From Hydrolagus affinis (taxonomy: Eukaryota): a DNA stretch of 64,000 nucleotides. Below the pieces are notes generated by a model, which did no database searches, was not told the origin of the DNA, and saw nothing but the letters and a program-made list of their open reading frames with translations. Below, piece by piece: positions 63,785 through 64,000 of this stretch (its first letter is position 1; every line of letters begins with the position of its first letter). The stretch spans positions 124,001 through 188,000 of the forward strand of contig JAAILG010000018.1 of NCBI GenBank assembly GCA_012026655.1. The letters run 5' to 3'. The translations under genes were made by a program, and so were the position numbers.

Positions 63785-64000
63785 ATTTAAAAGGCCATTC
63801 ACGGCCTTGCTCCCTTCTATCTCTCCAACCTGCTGTTCCCCTATGAACCTACGTGCCCCATCCATTCAGTGGGATATGGTTTGCTCCATATCCGTCGCAA
63901 GACCCGTCCCAGCATCGGTGGACAGGCTTTCAGCCTCTCTGCCCCCACTCTGGAACTCCATCCCACAGTCCCTTTGCCTTGCTTCCTCCCCTGCCTCCTT
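63785..64000 (+). mobile_element. L2 3' region in a PAWR intron, running off the window
   Basis: aaggccattcacggccttgctccc...ggctttcagcctctctgcccccactctggaactcc matches the reverse complement of 43860-44060. Confidence 0.88.

Overview
This is vertebrate genomic DNA, not prokaryotic. It is most likely a cartilaginous fish, inferred from the SYT1 protein resembling electric-ray p65-A and from the L2/CR1/DeuSINE-rich repeat landscape. The window holds two convergent, 5'-incomplete genes in the same arrangement as human 12q21. Synaptotagmin-1 (SYT1, + strand) has 7 coding exons at 12026-35316 and a 3'UTR to about 37015. PAWR/Par-4 (- strand) has its last 4 coding exons at 63036-56083. All exon boundaries were read from GT/AG sites and splice into continuous frames. 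Introns and the ~18 kb intergenic region contain L2 and CR1 LINE fragments, a tRNA-derived SINE sharing its tail with L2, DeuSINE relics and TA-flanked Tigger/pogo-like MITEs. There is a 100-N assembly gap. I see no clearly new biological system. The best leads are an in-frame candidate alternative exon inside the SYT1 C2B intron, a perfect 45-bp intronic inverted repeat, a (GAT)9 poly-Asp tract next to the ALK tandem acceptor, a candidate microexon, and a cluster of neuronal miRNA/Pumilio sites in the SYT1 3'UTR. Comparisons to human or ray sequences are from memory, not from a database search.
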